A DNA stretch of 64,000 nt from a virus. Its lineage: Duplodnaviria > Caudoviricetes. Below, piece after piece: positions 63,625-64,000 of this stretch; position 1 is the stretch's first letter, and every line of letters begins with the position of its first letter. The position numbers and the translations under genes are program-made. The notes beneath the pieces were generated by a model. That model saw only the letters and a list, made by a program, of their open reading frames with translations. It did no database searches and was not told the origin of the DNA. Where the stretch lies: positions 1 through 64,000 of the IMG/VR virus record IMGVR_UViG_3300028591_000087, one strand, 5' to 3'.

Positions 63625-64000
63625 ATTAATGAAAATGCGCGCACGTGCTGCGGGTAATGATCGTCAACATAACCGCATGATAATCGATAAGCAACGTAGT
63701 TTGCATCGCGCATTATTATATTCCTATCAAGCAGCTTGGGTTAAAAAAGATAATGATTCTTCAGCTGATTGGGTTAGAGCTTTAATGAATCCGGATAAAG
63801 TTAAGTTTGACTATGATGAGAAAATTATTTCAATAGATTGGGAACATAATTTTAGACCTGGAGATACCTTTGAATGGGGCAAGGGCACAGGAAGCCATTG
63901 GATGGTATTAAAAACTGAGGATACAGAGTTGGCTTATTTAAGAGCCAATTGCCGCAGATGTTAGAAACTATCTGCTTTTGATCCGATAAATAAAGAAATG
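63608..64000 (+). CDS. Probable head-closure protein (partial)
   Basis: Gene order; continues through TAG at 63962 to the window end. Confidence 0.5.

Noticed and set aside
52692-64000. Pseudogenised or decayed structural genes
   Set aside because: All breaks are in-frame TAG with no frameshifts or internal TAA/TGA, and a CUA tRNA is present. Recoding explains them.

Overview
A 64-kb segment of a large tailed phage, probably infecting Bacillota/Clostridia (sigma-A-type promoters, AGGAGG ribosome binding sites). It appears to use genetic code 15, with TAG read as Gln. Terminase, portal, major capsid, one radical SAM gene and others are continuous only if TAG is sense, and an amber-suppressor tRNA(CUA) is encoded at 4496-4588. 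1-3.7 kb: secreted VWA/Pro-Thr-repeat protein and Pth2. 4.6-9.5 kb: an operon largely missed by the ORF track, with a 559-aa Asn-Gly pentapeptide-repeat protein followed by two radical SAM enzymes. 3.8-4.6 and 10.3-20.1 kb: a large RNA array with 34 tRNAs covering all 20 amino acids, tmRNA and many non-canonical RNAs. These include a CAGCAA-stem family carrying permuted or partial tRNA modules and an apparent mimic of the 23S rRNA L11-binding domain. 20-52.5 kb: mostly minus-strand small genes, a Rep-like gene flanked by TGTACA repeats, and a GC-richer array of promoter-gene-terminator units separated by 37-39-nt covarying hairpins. 52.7-64 kb: plus-strand packaging and head module. All calls were read by eye; no database searches were run.
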